A stretch of DNA of 64,000 nt from Acidobacteriota bacterium (GTDB lineage Bacteria > Acidobacteriota > UBA6911): assembly GCA_012719355.1 (NCBI GenBank), contig JAAYAM010000161.1, positions 41,048-105,047 of the forward strand, given 5' to 3'. Below, one piece after another: positions 19,703 to 28,529 of the stretch. The translations under genes were made by a program, and so were the position numbers. The notes beneath the pieces are model-generated. The model had not been told where the DNA came from, searched no databases, and saw only the letters and a list, made by a program, of their open reading frames with translations. Each line of letters begins with the position of its first letter. Positions within the stretch are counted from its first letter, which is position 1.

Positions 19703-20119
19703 ATGAACAATGTTTCTGCAAAAGCGAAATTCGTTCTGGGCGGCGTCGTTATCGTGGCGGCGCTTGGATGGCTGGGGTTCGTCGGCTTCGAGGAAAGCAA
19801 AGCATACTATATCACGGTCGATGAGTACGCCGCGTTGACGGAGCCGAGGGAAGGGCGGGTCTTCAAGCTTGCCGGCGACGTGGTTGCCGGCTCGATCGAC
19901 AGATCCAAACCTCAGATGGAATTCATAATTGCCAGCAACAACAAAGAAATCCTGGTGCGCTATGTCGGGAAGGACATAATCCCCGATACATTCAGGGACG
20001 GATCGACAGCGCTTGTGGAAGGAAGCGCCGCACCGGATGGAACCTTTCATGCTCGCCATATCGAAGCAAAGTGCGCCTCGAAATACGAAGCGGAATACGA
20101 CAAGAGAACCACTTCCTAA
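19703..20119 (+). CDS. ccmE: cytochrome c-type biogenesis heme chaperone CcmE, CxxxY variant
   Basis: N-terminal TM anchor and OB-fold CcmE signature (LVEGSAAPDGTFHARHIEAKCASKYE); Cys replaces the canonical heme-binding His of the HxxxY motif. Confidence 0.85.
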   Translation: MNNVSAKAKFVLGGVVIVAALGWLGFVGFEESKAYYITVDEYAALTEPREGRVFKLAGDVVAGSIDRSKPQMEFIIASNNKEILVRYVGKDIIPDTFRDGSTALVEGSAAPDGTFHARHIEAKCASKYEAEYDKRTTS

Positions 20120-20179
20120 CATCAGAATCCAGAATTCCGAATTCGGATACTTCTGAGTTCGAAGCCTTCAGGTAAGTAC

Positions 20180-22207
20180 ATGGCCAGTTTCGGCAACTTT
20201 TGTATTCTTTTTGCCTTATGCCTTTCGGGATATGCCCTTCTCGCCGCTTTGATCGGAGTCTCGCAGCGCCGGCAGACGATTGTGCGCAGTGCGGAACACG
20301 CCGTCTATGCCGCGACGGGAGCGATTACACTCGCTTTGTTCTCACTCCTGTACCTTCTGCTTACGGATGATTTTTCGGTATCCCATGTAGCGAATTCCAG
20401 CAGTCGGGAACTCCCGGTGTTTTTCAAGATCGCCGCAATCTGGGGAGCTCATGACGGATCGATGCTCCTTTGGGTCTTCTTCACCTCCCTCTTCTGCGCG
20501 CTGGTAGTCTGGCTGAACAGATTCCGGCACAGGGATATGATGCCTTACGTCATTGCGGTCCTGATGATCGACCTCGGTTTCTTCCTCTGCCTCAACGTCT
20601 TTATCTCAAATCCGTTCACGCAGCTGGCACAAGTATTTCCGGACGGCAGCTATCAGTCCTTCCTTCCCACCGACGGACGCGGGCTCAATCCGCTGCTGCA
20701 GCACTGGGCCATGGTGATTCACCCTCCCGTGCTCTACCTCGGATTCATCGGCTTCCTTGTCCCATTCGCTTTCGCTATCGCGGCCCTCATCACCAGGCAG
20801 CTTGGCGACACCTGGATCAGGACTACACGGCGGTGGACTCTTTTGACTTGGCTTTTCCTCGGCATCGGACTGATTCTGGGAGGCAAATGGGCGTATGTCG
20901 TGCTCGGCTGGGGCGGCTATTGGGCCTGGGACCCGGTGGAGAATTCGTCCCTTATGCCCTGGCTCGTCAGTACCGCGTTTCTCCACTCCGTGATTGTCCA
21001 GGAGAGAAGAGGAATGCTGAAGATCTGGAATATGCTCCTGGTCATCATCACCTATCTTCTCGGGATCTTCGGCACCTTCATCACGCGCAGCGGAATCGTC
21101 AGCTCCGTCCACGCGTTCGCCGCTTCAAATCTTGGACAGTTCTTCATTATCTATATGTCCGCGGTTCTCGGCGTGAGCCTCATCCTCGTCGCCAGTCGCC
21201 TCCAGTATCTGAAAAGCGAGCGCCGGCTCGATTCCATTCTCTCCAGGGAAAGCGCATTTCTATTCAACAACCTGATTTTGGTGGTCGCATGTTTTGCCAT
21301 CCTCTGGGGAACCATGTTTCCGGTTCTTTCGGAATGGATCAGGGATACCCAGATCACGGTCGGGCCTCCATTCTTCAACAACATCAATGTGCCGATCGGC
21401 CTGCTGCTCCTTCTTCTGACCGGGGTGGGGCCGTTGTTTGCGTGGCGCAAGACTTCCCTGGAGAGCCTGAGAAAGGCATTCCTGCTGCCGTCGATTTTCG
21501 CCGTTGCAACGTGTGCGGCGGTTCTCGCGGCGGGCGTGCGCAACTTCAGCTTCGTTGTTTGTATGACCCTGTGTACCTTCGTGCTGGTGACAATTGTTGA
21601 AGAGTTCTACAAGGGAACCAGAATCCGGATGTCTTCACGAGGAGAGAATCCTCTCCTTGCAGCCGTCAATCTGACGCTCAAAAACAGGAGACGCTACGGC
21701 GGCTATATTGTCCACCTGTCGATAATCTTCATGTTCGTGGGATTCGCCGGGAATGTATTCAATCAGGAAGCTTCCGGGCGGCTGGCAAAGGGCGCCGAGT
21801 TGACCATCAAGGATTATTCCTTAAAGATGGTCGATTACCGCGAAGGCGCCGGATCCAACTACCAGTATCGCCGGGCAGTTCTGGACGTGTATAAAGACGG
21901 CAAGCGCATCCGAACGCTCGAGCCGGAACAGAGGATGTTTACAGCGGGACAGCAGCAGACTACCACGGAGGTCGCGCTTCACAGCACACCGAAAGAAGAC
22001 CTTTATCTCGTCCTTGCGGGCGTCTCGCGAGATGGTTCAGTCGACATAAAGGCGTTCGTGAATCCGCTGGTATTCTGGATCTGGTTCGGCGCGGCAGTAA
22101 TGTTCTTTGGGGCTCTGATAGCTCTCATCCCTGAGAAGGGGAGGATCGGAAGCACGCAGCCAGAACTCGCCGGTCGGCAGACGGCAGGCGTCAATCCGGG
22201 AGTATAG
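20180..22207 (+). CDS. ccmF: cytochrome c-type biogenesis protein CcmF (heme lyase)
   Basis: 675-aa polytopic protein with WWD domain (GGYWAWDPVENSS) and conserved His residues. Confidence 0.9.
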   Translation: MASFGNFCILFALCLSGYALLAALIGVSQRRQTIVRSAEHAVYAATGAITLALFSLLYLLLTDDFSVSHVANSSSRELPVFFKIAAIWGAHDGSMLLWVFFTSLFCALVVWLNRFRHRDMMPYVIAVLMIDLGFFLCLNVFISNPFTQLAQVFPDGSYQSFLPTDGRGLNPLLQHWAMVIHPPVLYLGFIGFLVPFAFAIAALITRQLGDTWIRTTRRWTLLTWLFLGIGLILGGKWAYVVLGWGGYWAWDPVENSSLMPWLVSTAFLHSVIVQERRGMLKIWNMLLVIITYLLGIFGTFITRSGIVSSVHAFAASNLGQFFIIYMSAVLGVSLILVASRLQYLKSERRLDSILSRESAFLFNNLILVVACFAILWGTMFPVLSEWIRDTQITVGPPFFNNINVPIGLLLLLLTGVGPLFAWRKTSLESLRKAFLLPSIFAVATCAAVLAAGVRNFSFVVCMTLCTFVLVTIVEEFYKGTRIRMSSRGENPLLAAVNLTLKNRRRYGGYIVHLSIIFMFVGFAGNVFNQEASGRLAKGAELTIKDYSLKMVDYREGAGSNYQYRRAVLDVYKDGKRIRTLEPEQRMFTAGQQQTTTEVALHSTPKEDLYLVLAGVSRDGSVDIKAFVNPLVFWIWFGAAVMFFGALIALIPEKGRIGSTQPELAGRQTAGVNPGV

Positions 22208-22209
22208 CT

Positions 22210-22653
22210 ATGGCGGTTTGGGTGGCATGCACAGTTGTCGTGCTGGTAAGCGGCATATACGTTCTCAGGCCGCTCTTCAGGCAGAGCGCAGGGAATTTTG
22301 ATGTCGACCTTCTGTCTGAAACGGAGCTTGACCGGCTGCTCGACCGGAAATCGGTCGTCTACCGGAATCTCAAGGACCTGCAGCTGGAATTCAGGATGGG
22401 CCGGCTCTCCGAGGACGATTTCCGGCAGCTCGATGAGGGCTATAAGAACGAAGCCGCCTTGATATTGCAGAGGCTTGACCAGCTCGACGCTTCGGAACAC
22501 CTCGATGAAATGATCGAGAAGGATATCAGGGCGAAGAAAGCGAAACTGTTCGGTACAGCCACCCGGACTGCTGATTCATCACGTTGCCCGTCGTGCGGCG
22601 CACCGAGAATCGAGGGCAAGAAATTCTGCGGCGATTGCGGCCAGCGTCTGTAG
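22210..22653 (+). CDS. hypothetical membrane-anchored protein with C-terminal zinc ribbon (zinc_ribbon_2-like)
   Basis: N-terminal TM helix, coiled-coil, C-terminal CPSCGAPRIEGKKFCGDCG; starts 2 nt after the ccmF stop. Confidence 0.6.
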   Translation: MAVWVACTVVVLVSGIYVLRPLFRQSAGNFDVDLLSETELDRLLDRKSVVYRNLKDLQLEFRMGRLSEDDFRQLDEGYKNEAALILQRLDQLDASEHLDEMIEKDIRAKKAKLFGTATRTADSSRCPSCGAPRIEGKKFCGDCGQRL

Positions 22654-22658
22654 ACAAA

Positions 22659-23849
22659 ATGAGAAAATTATCGATTCCAGCATTGTTGTTTTTCCTGGCT
22701 ATTGTGCCGGCAGCCCGCGCACAACAGCAGTGGATCGCCGAAGGAAAACTGATCAACGGAACTGATCCGTCAATCATCGCGCGCGGTGTCGAAGTGGAGA
22801 TACTCAGCCTTGATGTCGGGATGAGCATTATCAAGGCAGGTTCCACGGATTCATCAGGGAAATTCCGCTTTGAAGGGCTCCCGCCAAACCGGAGGATGAT
22901 GGTTCGTGCAAACTACAAGGATGCCAACTATCACGCGCAGCTTTCATTCACCGCAGGAAAGGCCAACACGGATGTCACGGTGTACGAACCCACGACGTCG
23001 ATGGCAGGGATTGAGGTTCAGGAGGCATTTCTGGCTTTCCAGCAGTCAGGCGAAGATTTGAAGTTGCTTGAGACGGTCACCTTCAACAACAAGACGAACC
23101 CTCCAATGACCTTTGTCGCTCCCGAAGGTACTTTCAGGACTTCCAAATCTCCAGGGCTGCTCGAACCTCCTCAGATGAGGGTCACGGCCCCCGGCTCATC
23201 GATGCCGGTGGTCCAGTCCGTGCTCGAGAGCGCGGACGGCACGAACTATTACACTCTTTATCCTCTCCGGCCCGGGGAGACCACGTTCGAAGTCCAGCAG
23301 CTGCTTCCGTATAAGGATCGAAGCTACAGGCTGATCAAGAAGTTCTACCAGAATGTCGGCTCGCTGAATATCGGGGTGATACCGCAGGACATGGTGTTGT
23401 CCGGGGAAGGACTATCGAAGATCCAGTCGGACGGCGAGAAGAACTTCTCCATTTACCGCACCCCTTCGATCAAGGCGGGAACCGAAATAGCGTGGGAGTT
23501 TTCCGGGGGAACACCTGTGCCGGACGCCGCAGAAGAGCCCACGGGAGGATCGGAAATACAGGCAATCCCAAATGACGTGGGAGAGAGTGCAATTATGATA
23601 GGCTCACTCCTCCTGATGGGTTTTGTCCTGGTTCTCTGGTACGCGTTTAACCGCTCGCCGGAGGCGGCGGTCGGTCAGGCGGACGCGCGCACCCGCACGC
23701 TGAAGGAACAGAGGGAGCAGCTGCTGAAGTCGCTTGCCGAGCTGGACCATCGCAAGGACACCGAGTCGATTGGGCAGGATGAATATCTGAAGCAGCGGGA
23801 AGAAGGCAAGCGCCGGCTGCGGCGCATTTCACTTCTCCTGAAAGAATGA
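22659..23849 (+). CDS. hypothetical secreted protein with carboxypeptidase-regulatory-like beta-sandwich domain, C-terminal TM and coiled-coil
   Basis: Signal peptide, SGKFRFEGLPPNRRMMV motif typical of CarboxypepD_reg/Cna-B folds, one TM near the C-terminus, K/R/E-rich tail, no Cys; stop overlaps the ccmA start (ATGA). Confidence 0.6.
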   Translation: MRKLSIPALLFFLAIVPAARAQQQWIAEGKLINGTDPSIIARGVEVEILSLDVGMSIIKAGSTDSSGKFRFEGLPPNRRMMVRANYKDANYHAQLSFTAGKANTDVTVYEPTTSMAGIEVQEAFLAFQQSGEDLKLLETVTFNNKTNPPMTFVAPEGTFRTSKSPGLLEPPQMRVTAPGSSMPVVQSVLESADGTNYYTLYPLRPGETTFEVQQLLPYKDRSYRLIKKFYQNVGSLNIGVIPQDMVLSGEGLSKIQSDGEKNFSIYRTPSIKAGTEIAWEFSGGTPVPDAAEEPTGGSEIQAIPNDVGESAIMIGSLLLMGFVLVLWYAFNRSPEAAVGQADARTRTLKEQREQLLKSLAELDHRKDTESIGQDEYLKQREEGKRRLRRISLLLKE

Positions 23850-24598
23850 TTCGGCGACCTATGATTGAAGTTCGGAAACTGGCCAAACATTTCGGCAGGT
23901 TCCCGGTTCTGCGCAGCCTGGATCTGACGATTCGAAAAGGAGAGTTTGTCGCGCTCTTCGGAAGAAACGGGGCGGGGAAGACCACCTTTTTGCGAATTCT
24001 GGCCGGGCTTTCCCGCGCGTCCTCGGGAACCATGAGCATACAGCTCCCGGATGAGAAGAGATTCCGCTTTGCGCGAGGTGCGATCGGATATCTCTCACAC
24101 AACACGTCGCTGTATACGGATTTGACTGCGCTGGAGAATCTCGGTTTCTATTCCAGACTTATGGATGCACCTTCGGATGAAGCGTCGCTGATCCGGAAGA
24201 TCGAGCTGGTCGGACTGGCCGGACGTGAAAGAGAGCCGGTACGCAATTACTCGCGAGGAATGCAGCAGCGCCTCGCAATCGCAAGGGCCTTCCTGCACGA
24301 TCCGGAGATTCTGCTTCTGGACGAGCCTTTCACCGGACTGGACCAGGGGGGCTCCGAATTCCTCAAATGGTTTCTCGCGCAGGCGCACTCGGAAGGGAAG
24401 ACCTGCATCGTCGCGATCCACGATGCGTCTCTCGGCTATGAGATGGCAGACCGGCTTGTCGTTATCGAGAGAGGAGTGGTGGCTCTCGATGTGCCGAAAA
24501 CATCCCTGACTCTGAAGGAATTCGAGGAGAGGTACCTTGCCGTCACTCAGACGCGCATGCGGAGCAGCGTCGGTCCTAACGCAGGAAATCTCCTATGA
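23846..24598 (+). CDS. ccmA: heme exporter ATP-binding protein CcmA
   Basis: ABC ATPase with Walker A (GRNGAGKTT), signature and Walker B; operon position. Confidence 0.85.
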   Translation: MIRRPMIEVRKLAKHFGRFPVLRSLDLTIRKGEFVALFGRNGAGKTTFLRILAGLSRASSGTMSIQLPDEKRFRFARGAIGYLSHNTSLYTDLTALENLGFYSRLMDAPSDEASLIRKIELVGLAGREREPVRNYSRGMQQRLAIARAFLHDPEILLLDEPFTGLDQGGSEFLKWFLAQAHSEGKTCIVAIHDASLGYEMADRLVVIERGVVALDVPKTSLTLKEFEERYLAVTQTRMRSSVGPNAGNLL

Positions 24599-25263
24599 AG
24601 AGGATATGGGCCGTATTCCGGAAGGATCTGCTCGTTGAGTTGCGGACGAAGGACACGCTGAATTCGATGCTCTTTTTTGGAGTCGTCGTTCTCGTGGTCT
24701 TCAATTTCGCCATGGAATCCCTGCGCGATTCCGTTCGCACCGCAGTTCCCGGAGTTCTGTGGGTCGCGTTTGCGTTTTCCGGGACACTCGGCCTTAACCG
24801 GATGTTCGCCTCGGAAAAGGAGAATGGCTGCCTGCAGGGCCTGTTGATGATTCCTGTGGACCGCGGCATCATCTACTTTGGAAAGATGCTGGCGGCGACG
24901 GTATTCATGCTCATCGCCGAAGTGATCATATTCGTCTGCAGCCTTGTGTTCTTCAACCTGACGGTCTGGAATGAAATCCCTTATCTGGCCTTAGTTTTCC
25001 TGATCGGCACCCTGGGGTTCACTGCCGTGGGGACGCTGCTGTCCGCCATCGCGGTAAATACGAGGTTGAGGGAGGTTCTGCTGCCGCTTCTCCTTTTCCC
25101 GGTAATTCTGCCTGTCCTCGTCAACGCGGTGGAGGCTACCGGGATCATACTGAACGGCCCGGACTACGGAGCATTGAGACTGCCGCTCACGGTAATGACG
25201 GTTTTTACGGTGGTCTTCGGCACGGTTTCGTATCTCCTGTTTGAGCACGTCCTGGAGGATTAG
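24595..25263 (+). CDS. ccmB: heme exporter protein CcmB
   Basis: 6-TM CcmB-like protein, ATGA overlap with ccmA. Confidence 0.85.
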   Translation: MKRIWAVFRKDLLVELRTKDTLNSMLFFGVVVLVVFNFAMESLRDSVRTAVPGVLWVAFAFSGTLGLNRMFASEKENGCLQGLLMIPVDRGIIYFGKMLAATVFMLIAEVIIFVCSLVFFNLTVWNEIPYLALVFLIGTLGFTAVGTLLSAIAVNTRLREVLLPLLLFPVILPVLVNAVEATGIILNGPDYGALRLPLTVMTVFTVVFGTVSYLLFEHVLED

Positions 25264-25265
25264 GA

Positions 25266-25955
25266 ATGACGCACAAATACAGATCCCGCCTCGATACGGC
25301 ACTTGAGATCATCCTGGTCCCCGGAATGGGGCTCGCCCTGTACATGGCTTTTATCGTGGCTCCCCGGGAAGCTTCGATGGGAGACCTGCAGCGCATCTTC
25401 TACTTCCACGTGGCGGCGGCGATCGCGGGAATGACCGCGTTTGCGGTGAATTTCGCCGCTTCCCTGATGTATGTGATCCGGAAGAACCGCTGGTGGGATC
25501 ACGCCGCACTGGCGGCCGCTGAAGCCGGGGTTGTGTTCATGGTCATGGTGCTGATCACGGGGCCGATCTGGGCAAAACCGGCATGGTTCATCTGGTGGAC
25601 CTGGTCGCCGCGCCTGACTTCCTCTCTCGTACTGTGTCTGCTCTATGTCGCCTATCTCCTTATCAGGAACTATATCGGAGATCCGGACCGAAAAGCGCTG
25701 GTCTCCGCGGTATTCGGCATCATCGCTTTCGTGGATGCTCCTCTGGTATGGTTTTCGATACGGTGGTGGCGCGACCATCATCCAGGCCCGATGCTCGAGA
25801 CCGGAGGACTGGACCCGTCGATGCGTCCGGCGCTGTACATATGTATGGCGGTATTCCAGGTTCTCATGTTCTATCTGCTTCGGCGGCGTTTCCGTCTCGA
25901 GGGAATGCGCGACCAGGTGGAGTCGCTCTACCGCCAGGCAGACCTGGCGTCCTGA
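25266..25955 (+). CDS. ccmC: heme exporter protein CcmC
   Basis: WWD domain (WFIWWTWSPRLTSSL) and conserved His residues. Confidence 0.9.
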   Translation: MTHKYRSRLDTALEIILVPGMGLALYMAFIVAPREASMGDLQRIFYFHVAAAIAGMTAFAVNFAASLMYVIRKNRWWDHAALAAAEAGVVFMVMVLITGPIWAKPAWFIWWTWSPRLTSSLVLCLLYVAYLLIRNYIGDPDRKALVSAVFGIIAFVDAPLVWFSIRWWRDHHPGPMLETGGLDPSMRPALYICMAVFQVLMFYLLRRRFRLEGMRDQVESLYRQADLAS

Positions 25956-25958
25956 AAG

Positions 25959-26144
25959 GTGAGAATCATGAATCCTATAAATTATCTCTTCTCAGCATAT
26001 CTGGCCATCTGGATTATTCTGGCGGTCTATCTCCTGTCGATTCGGATGCGAGAGAAGAAGCTGCAGCAAGAAGTAGAGCAGCTGAGAGGGCTGATCGAAA
26101 GAGCGGATATCCACGAAGGACAGGAAGGAAAGCCTATCCGGTAG
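25959..26144 (+). CDS. ccmD: CcmD-like small heme exporter protein
   Basis: 61-aa single-TM protein immediately after ccmC. Confidence 0.55.
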   Translation: MRIMNPINYLFSAYLAIWIILAVYLLSIRMREKKLQQEVEQLRGLIERADIHEGQEGKPIR

Positions 26145-26180
26145 CACTCCGGCCTGCCATTGCACATCATTACTCGGCAT

Positions 26181-28367
26181 TCAATTGGAGGAGGCGAGTC
26201 GTTCCAGGACGGAACGTGCTTCCTGGCTGAGGAATTCCCATAGCCCGAGCTGCTTCAGGGTCTGGGGCAGAGGGATGCCCGAACGGCCCCAGCCGCGCTG
26301 CTGATAGTACACGTCGATAAGTCTGCGCAACTCCTGCCGGCGCAGTTGCATCAACTTTTCGCGTTTTTCCGTGGTGCTCATTCCGTTGAAATTTTCAGCA
26401 GACATTCCGAGGCGCTCTGCCAGGTCCCTGTCGTTGAATTCACGCTCCGATTCATAGAGGGCATCGTCTGTCGGGCCGATGGCACGATCGGGTATCCAGT
26501 CGTGCTTCCCTGTCTCAGAGCCGTACTTAAGCACGTTCATCACGCGCTGCAGGTTGATGTCCCGATCTGTCTGGGCGAAGATCTCTTCCCAGGTCAGGTC
26601 CTTTCCAAGAACACCGTTGTAGTACTCTGCATAGATTTCCTGAGACGCAGGATTTATATAGATGTCGGTGCCGGTGCGGGTCTCTGAGTCGGGATTGAAT
26701 ACGTCGACCCAGGGAAGCTTGCAGACTCCCATATTGTCGTTTCCCAGCCGGACGCGCGGATAGTTGATAAGCGCCCACGCCTTGTCCTCAAACGTGGGAA
26801 ATGCGCCGAGAAGATCCGCCTTGATCAGCCAGGCGGCTGCATGGTGCGCGCCGATGTCACTGGCGGCCGCGTACGACGCCTGCATGGAAACTGACTTGTG
26901 AGTCCGGTAGAAGGTGAACGGCAGTCCTTTCGCCTGCATGGCAAATTTTTCGAGTTCCGGGCGTATGTCTTCTCCCGTCCTGGCGTTGTATCTGGCCCAG
27001 ACCCAGTCGACGAGCTCCCTTATCCCTTTGCCGGCGGCTATGGCCATCCCGGTCGAACCGTGGGCCATACGGTGGATGAATTCCAGCGCCGAGGTTTCAT
27101 CGCCCCAGGAAAGCACCAGATCCTCTCCGTCTTCTTTGTCCAGGTAGCCGCGCTGAGTGCATTCCATCAGGAAGGCCATTACGCCTGCGGTTGTAATCGT
27201 GTCGATGCCGTAGTTATCGCAGTGCCAGTTGGCCTCCATTATAAATTCGGGATTCCACATTCCCAGATTGGAACCGAAACCGGCAGCGGTTTCATACTCG
27301 GGGCCATCCACCCAGACTGTTTTCCCCCTGTGACCGCCGCTCGTGAGGGTAACCCAGCCTCCTTTCGTGCACTGGAGATTGCACCCGGCAAAGCAGCCGT
27401 CCATGCCGCGGTGATCAAACAGATGCTCCGCATAATACTTGCCGCAGATCTGCGGCGCGCGTGGGTCAGAGCCGGCTTGAAAATTGCGCACCGGCAGCGA
27501 CTGATACTCGGCCTTGCTCATGAACGTGATCAGGCCGGCGCTCCCTTTTCGGTGCATCTGCAGTGAATTCGGATCGACTTCCCTGACGACTTTGTGCAGT
27601 TTGGCACCCGCCCGCTTCACCCTCTCCCAGTCGGCTGCGCCGTAAGGGTTCTCGCCACGGGGATTCTCGGCCAGCACCACGATTGCCCGGATCCCTTTGC
27701 GGCTCATGACAGAGCCCAGCCCGGTCCGGCCGGCCTGTTTTACCCGGAACAGCCCCCTGCGCCCGTCAACAGGCTTGGTTACGTCAAAATAGTGACTGTT
27801 GATGCAGCCGTAATTCGTATTGGCGGCCCCGATGCCGGTCGACATGAAAGCGATGTGGCGCTTTTCATATCCGGCTGCAGTGAAGCGCTCGGCGATCTCG
27901 CGCTCCAGATCGAAGGCTTCTTCGTGTGAAGGAGCGTCCTCGACGGTTACTTCGCACGTGTACCCGTTTACGACAATGAGGACCGGGCGATCGGCCTTGC
28001 CCGTCACCTGCAGCGCATCGAATCCGGCATATTTCAGATATGCGCCGAAGTATCCCCCGAAGTTTGAGACTCCCGCAATACCGGTGATTGGAGAAAGCGA
28101 AACAGCCATAGCCTTTGCAGTACCGGGAAACTGCGGAATTCCGCCCAGCGGGCCGTTCGCCAGAATCAGCGGATTCTCGGGATCGTCGGGCTTGGTCGCG
28201 GAGCTCGTCGCCTTATGGAGCAGGTAAAGTCCCAAACTGCGGCCGCCCAGGAAGTAATCCCGTACCTTAGGGTCGAGCCCGGGGACGGTAATCTCCCCGG
28301 TTGTGAGATCCACACACAGGAGCCGGTTCGTGTAGCCCCGCTGTATGCCGCCCTTCGGGTATTTCAT
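26181..28367 (-). CDS. aldehyde:ferredoxin oxidoreductase family protein (tungsten/molybdopterin, YdhV-like long form)
   Basis: AFOR N-terminal and catalytic domains (MKYPKGGIQRGYTNRLLCVDLTTGEITV..); 728 aa with C-terminal extension. Confidence 0.85.
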   Translation of the reverse strand: MKYPKGGIQRGYTNRLLCVDLTTGEITVPGLDPKVRDYFLGGRSLGLYLLHKATSSATKPDDPENPLILANGPLGGIPQFPGTAKAMAVSLSPITGIAGVSNFGGYFGAYLKYAGFDALQVTGKADRPVLIVVNGYTCEVTVEDAPSHEEAFDLEREIAERFTAAGYEKRHIAFMSTGIGAANTNYGCINSHYFDVTKPVDGRRGLFRVKQAGRTGLGSVMSRKGIRAIVVLAENPRGENPYGAADWERVKRAGAKLHKVVREVDPNSLQMHRKGSAGLITFMSKAEYQSLPVRNFQAGSDPRAPQICGKYYAEHLFDHRGMDGCFAGCNLQCTKGGWVTLTSGGHRGKTVWVDGPEYETAAGFGSNLGMWNPEFIMEANWHCDNYGIDTITTAGVMAFLMECTQRGYLDKEDGEDLVLSWGDETSALEFIHRMAHGSTGMAIAAGKGIRELVDWVWARYNARTGEDIRPELEKFAMQAKGLPFTFYRTHKSVSMQASYAAASDIGAHHAAAWLIKADLLGAFPTFEDKAWALINYPRVRLGNDNMGVCKLPWVDVFNPDSETRTGTDIYINPASQEIYAEYYNGVLGKDLTWEEIFAQTDRDINLQRVMNVLKYGSETGKHDWIPDRAIGPTDDALYESEREFNDRDLAERLGMSAENFNGMSTTEKREKLMQLRRQELRRLIDVYYQQRGWGRSGIPLPQTLKQLGLWEFLSQEARSVLERLASSN

Positions 28368-28529
28368 TTCCTCTTCTTCCTTCCTGCCAAAGCGTTACAC
28401 GATAAGGCGGTCCCCCGGTCCTGTCAAGCCAATCGGTCCCGCCGGAGCCTCGCCTCCAGGTATTTGAAACCGAAAGCCTTCTTTTCTCTCTTAATCTAAT
28501 AGGAACGACCGGGCCTGTCGGATCACTAT

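Noticed and set aside
20470-21600. 376-aa ORF on the + strand overlapping ccmF in another frame
   Set aside because: Arg/Pro/Gly-rich translation typical of an off-frame read of high-GC coding DNA; ccmF in the primary frame has clear homology.
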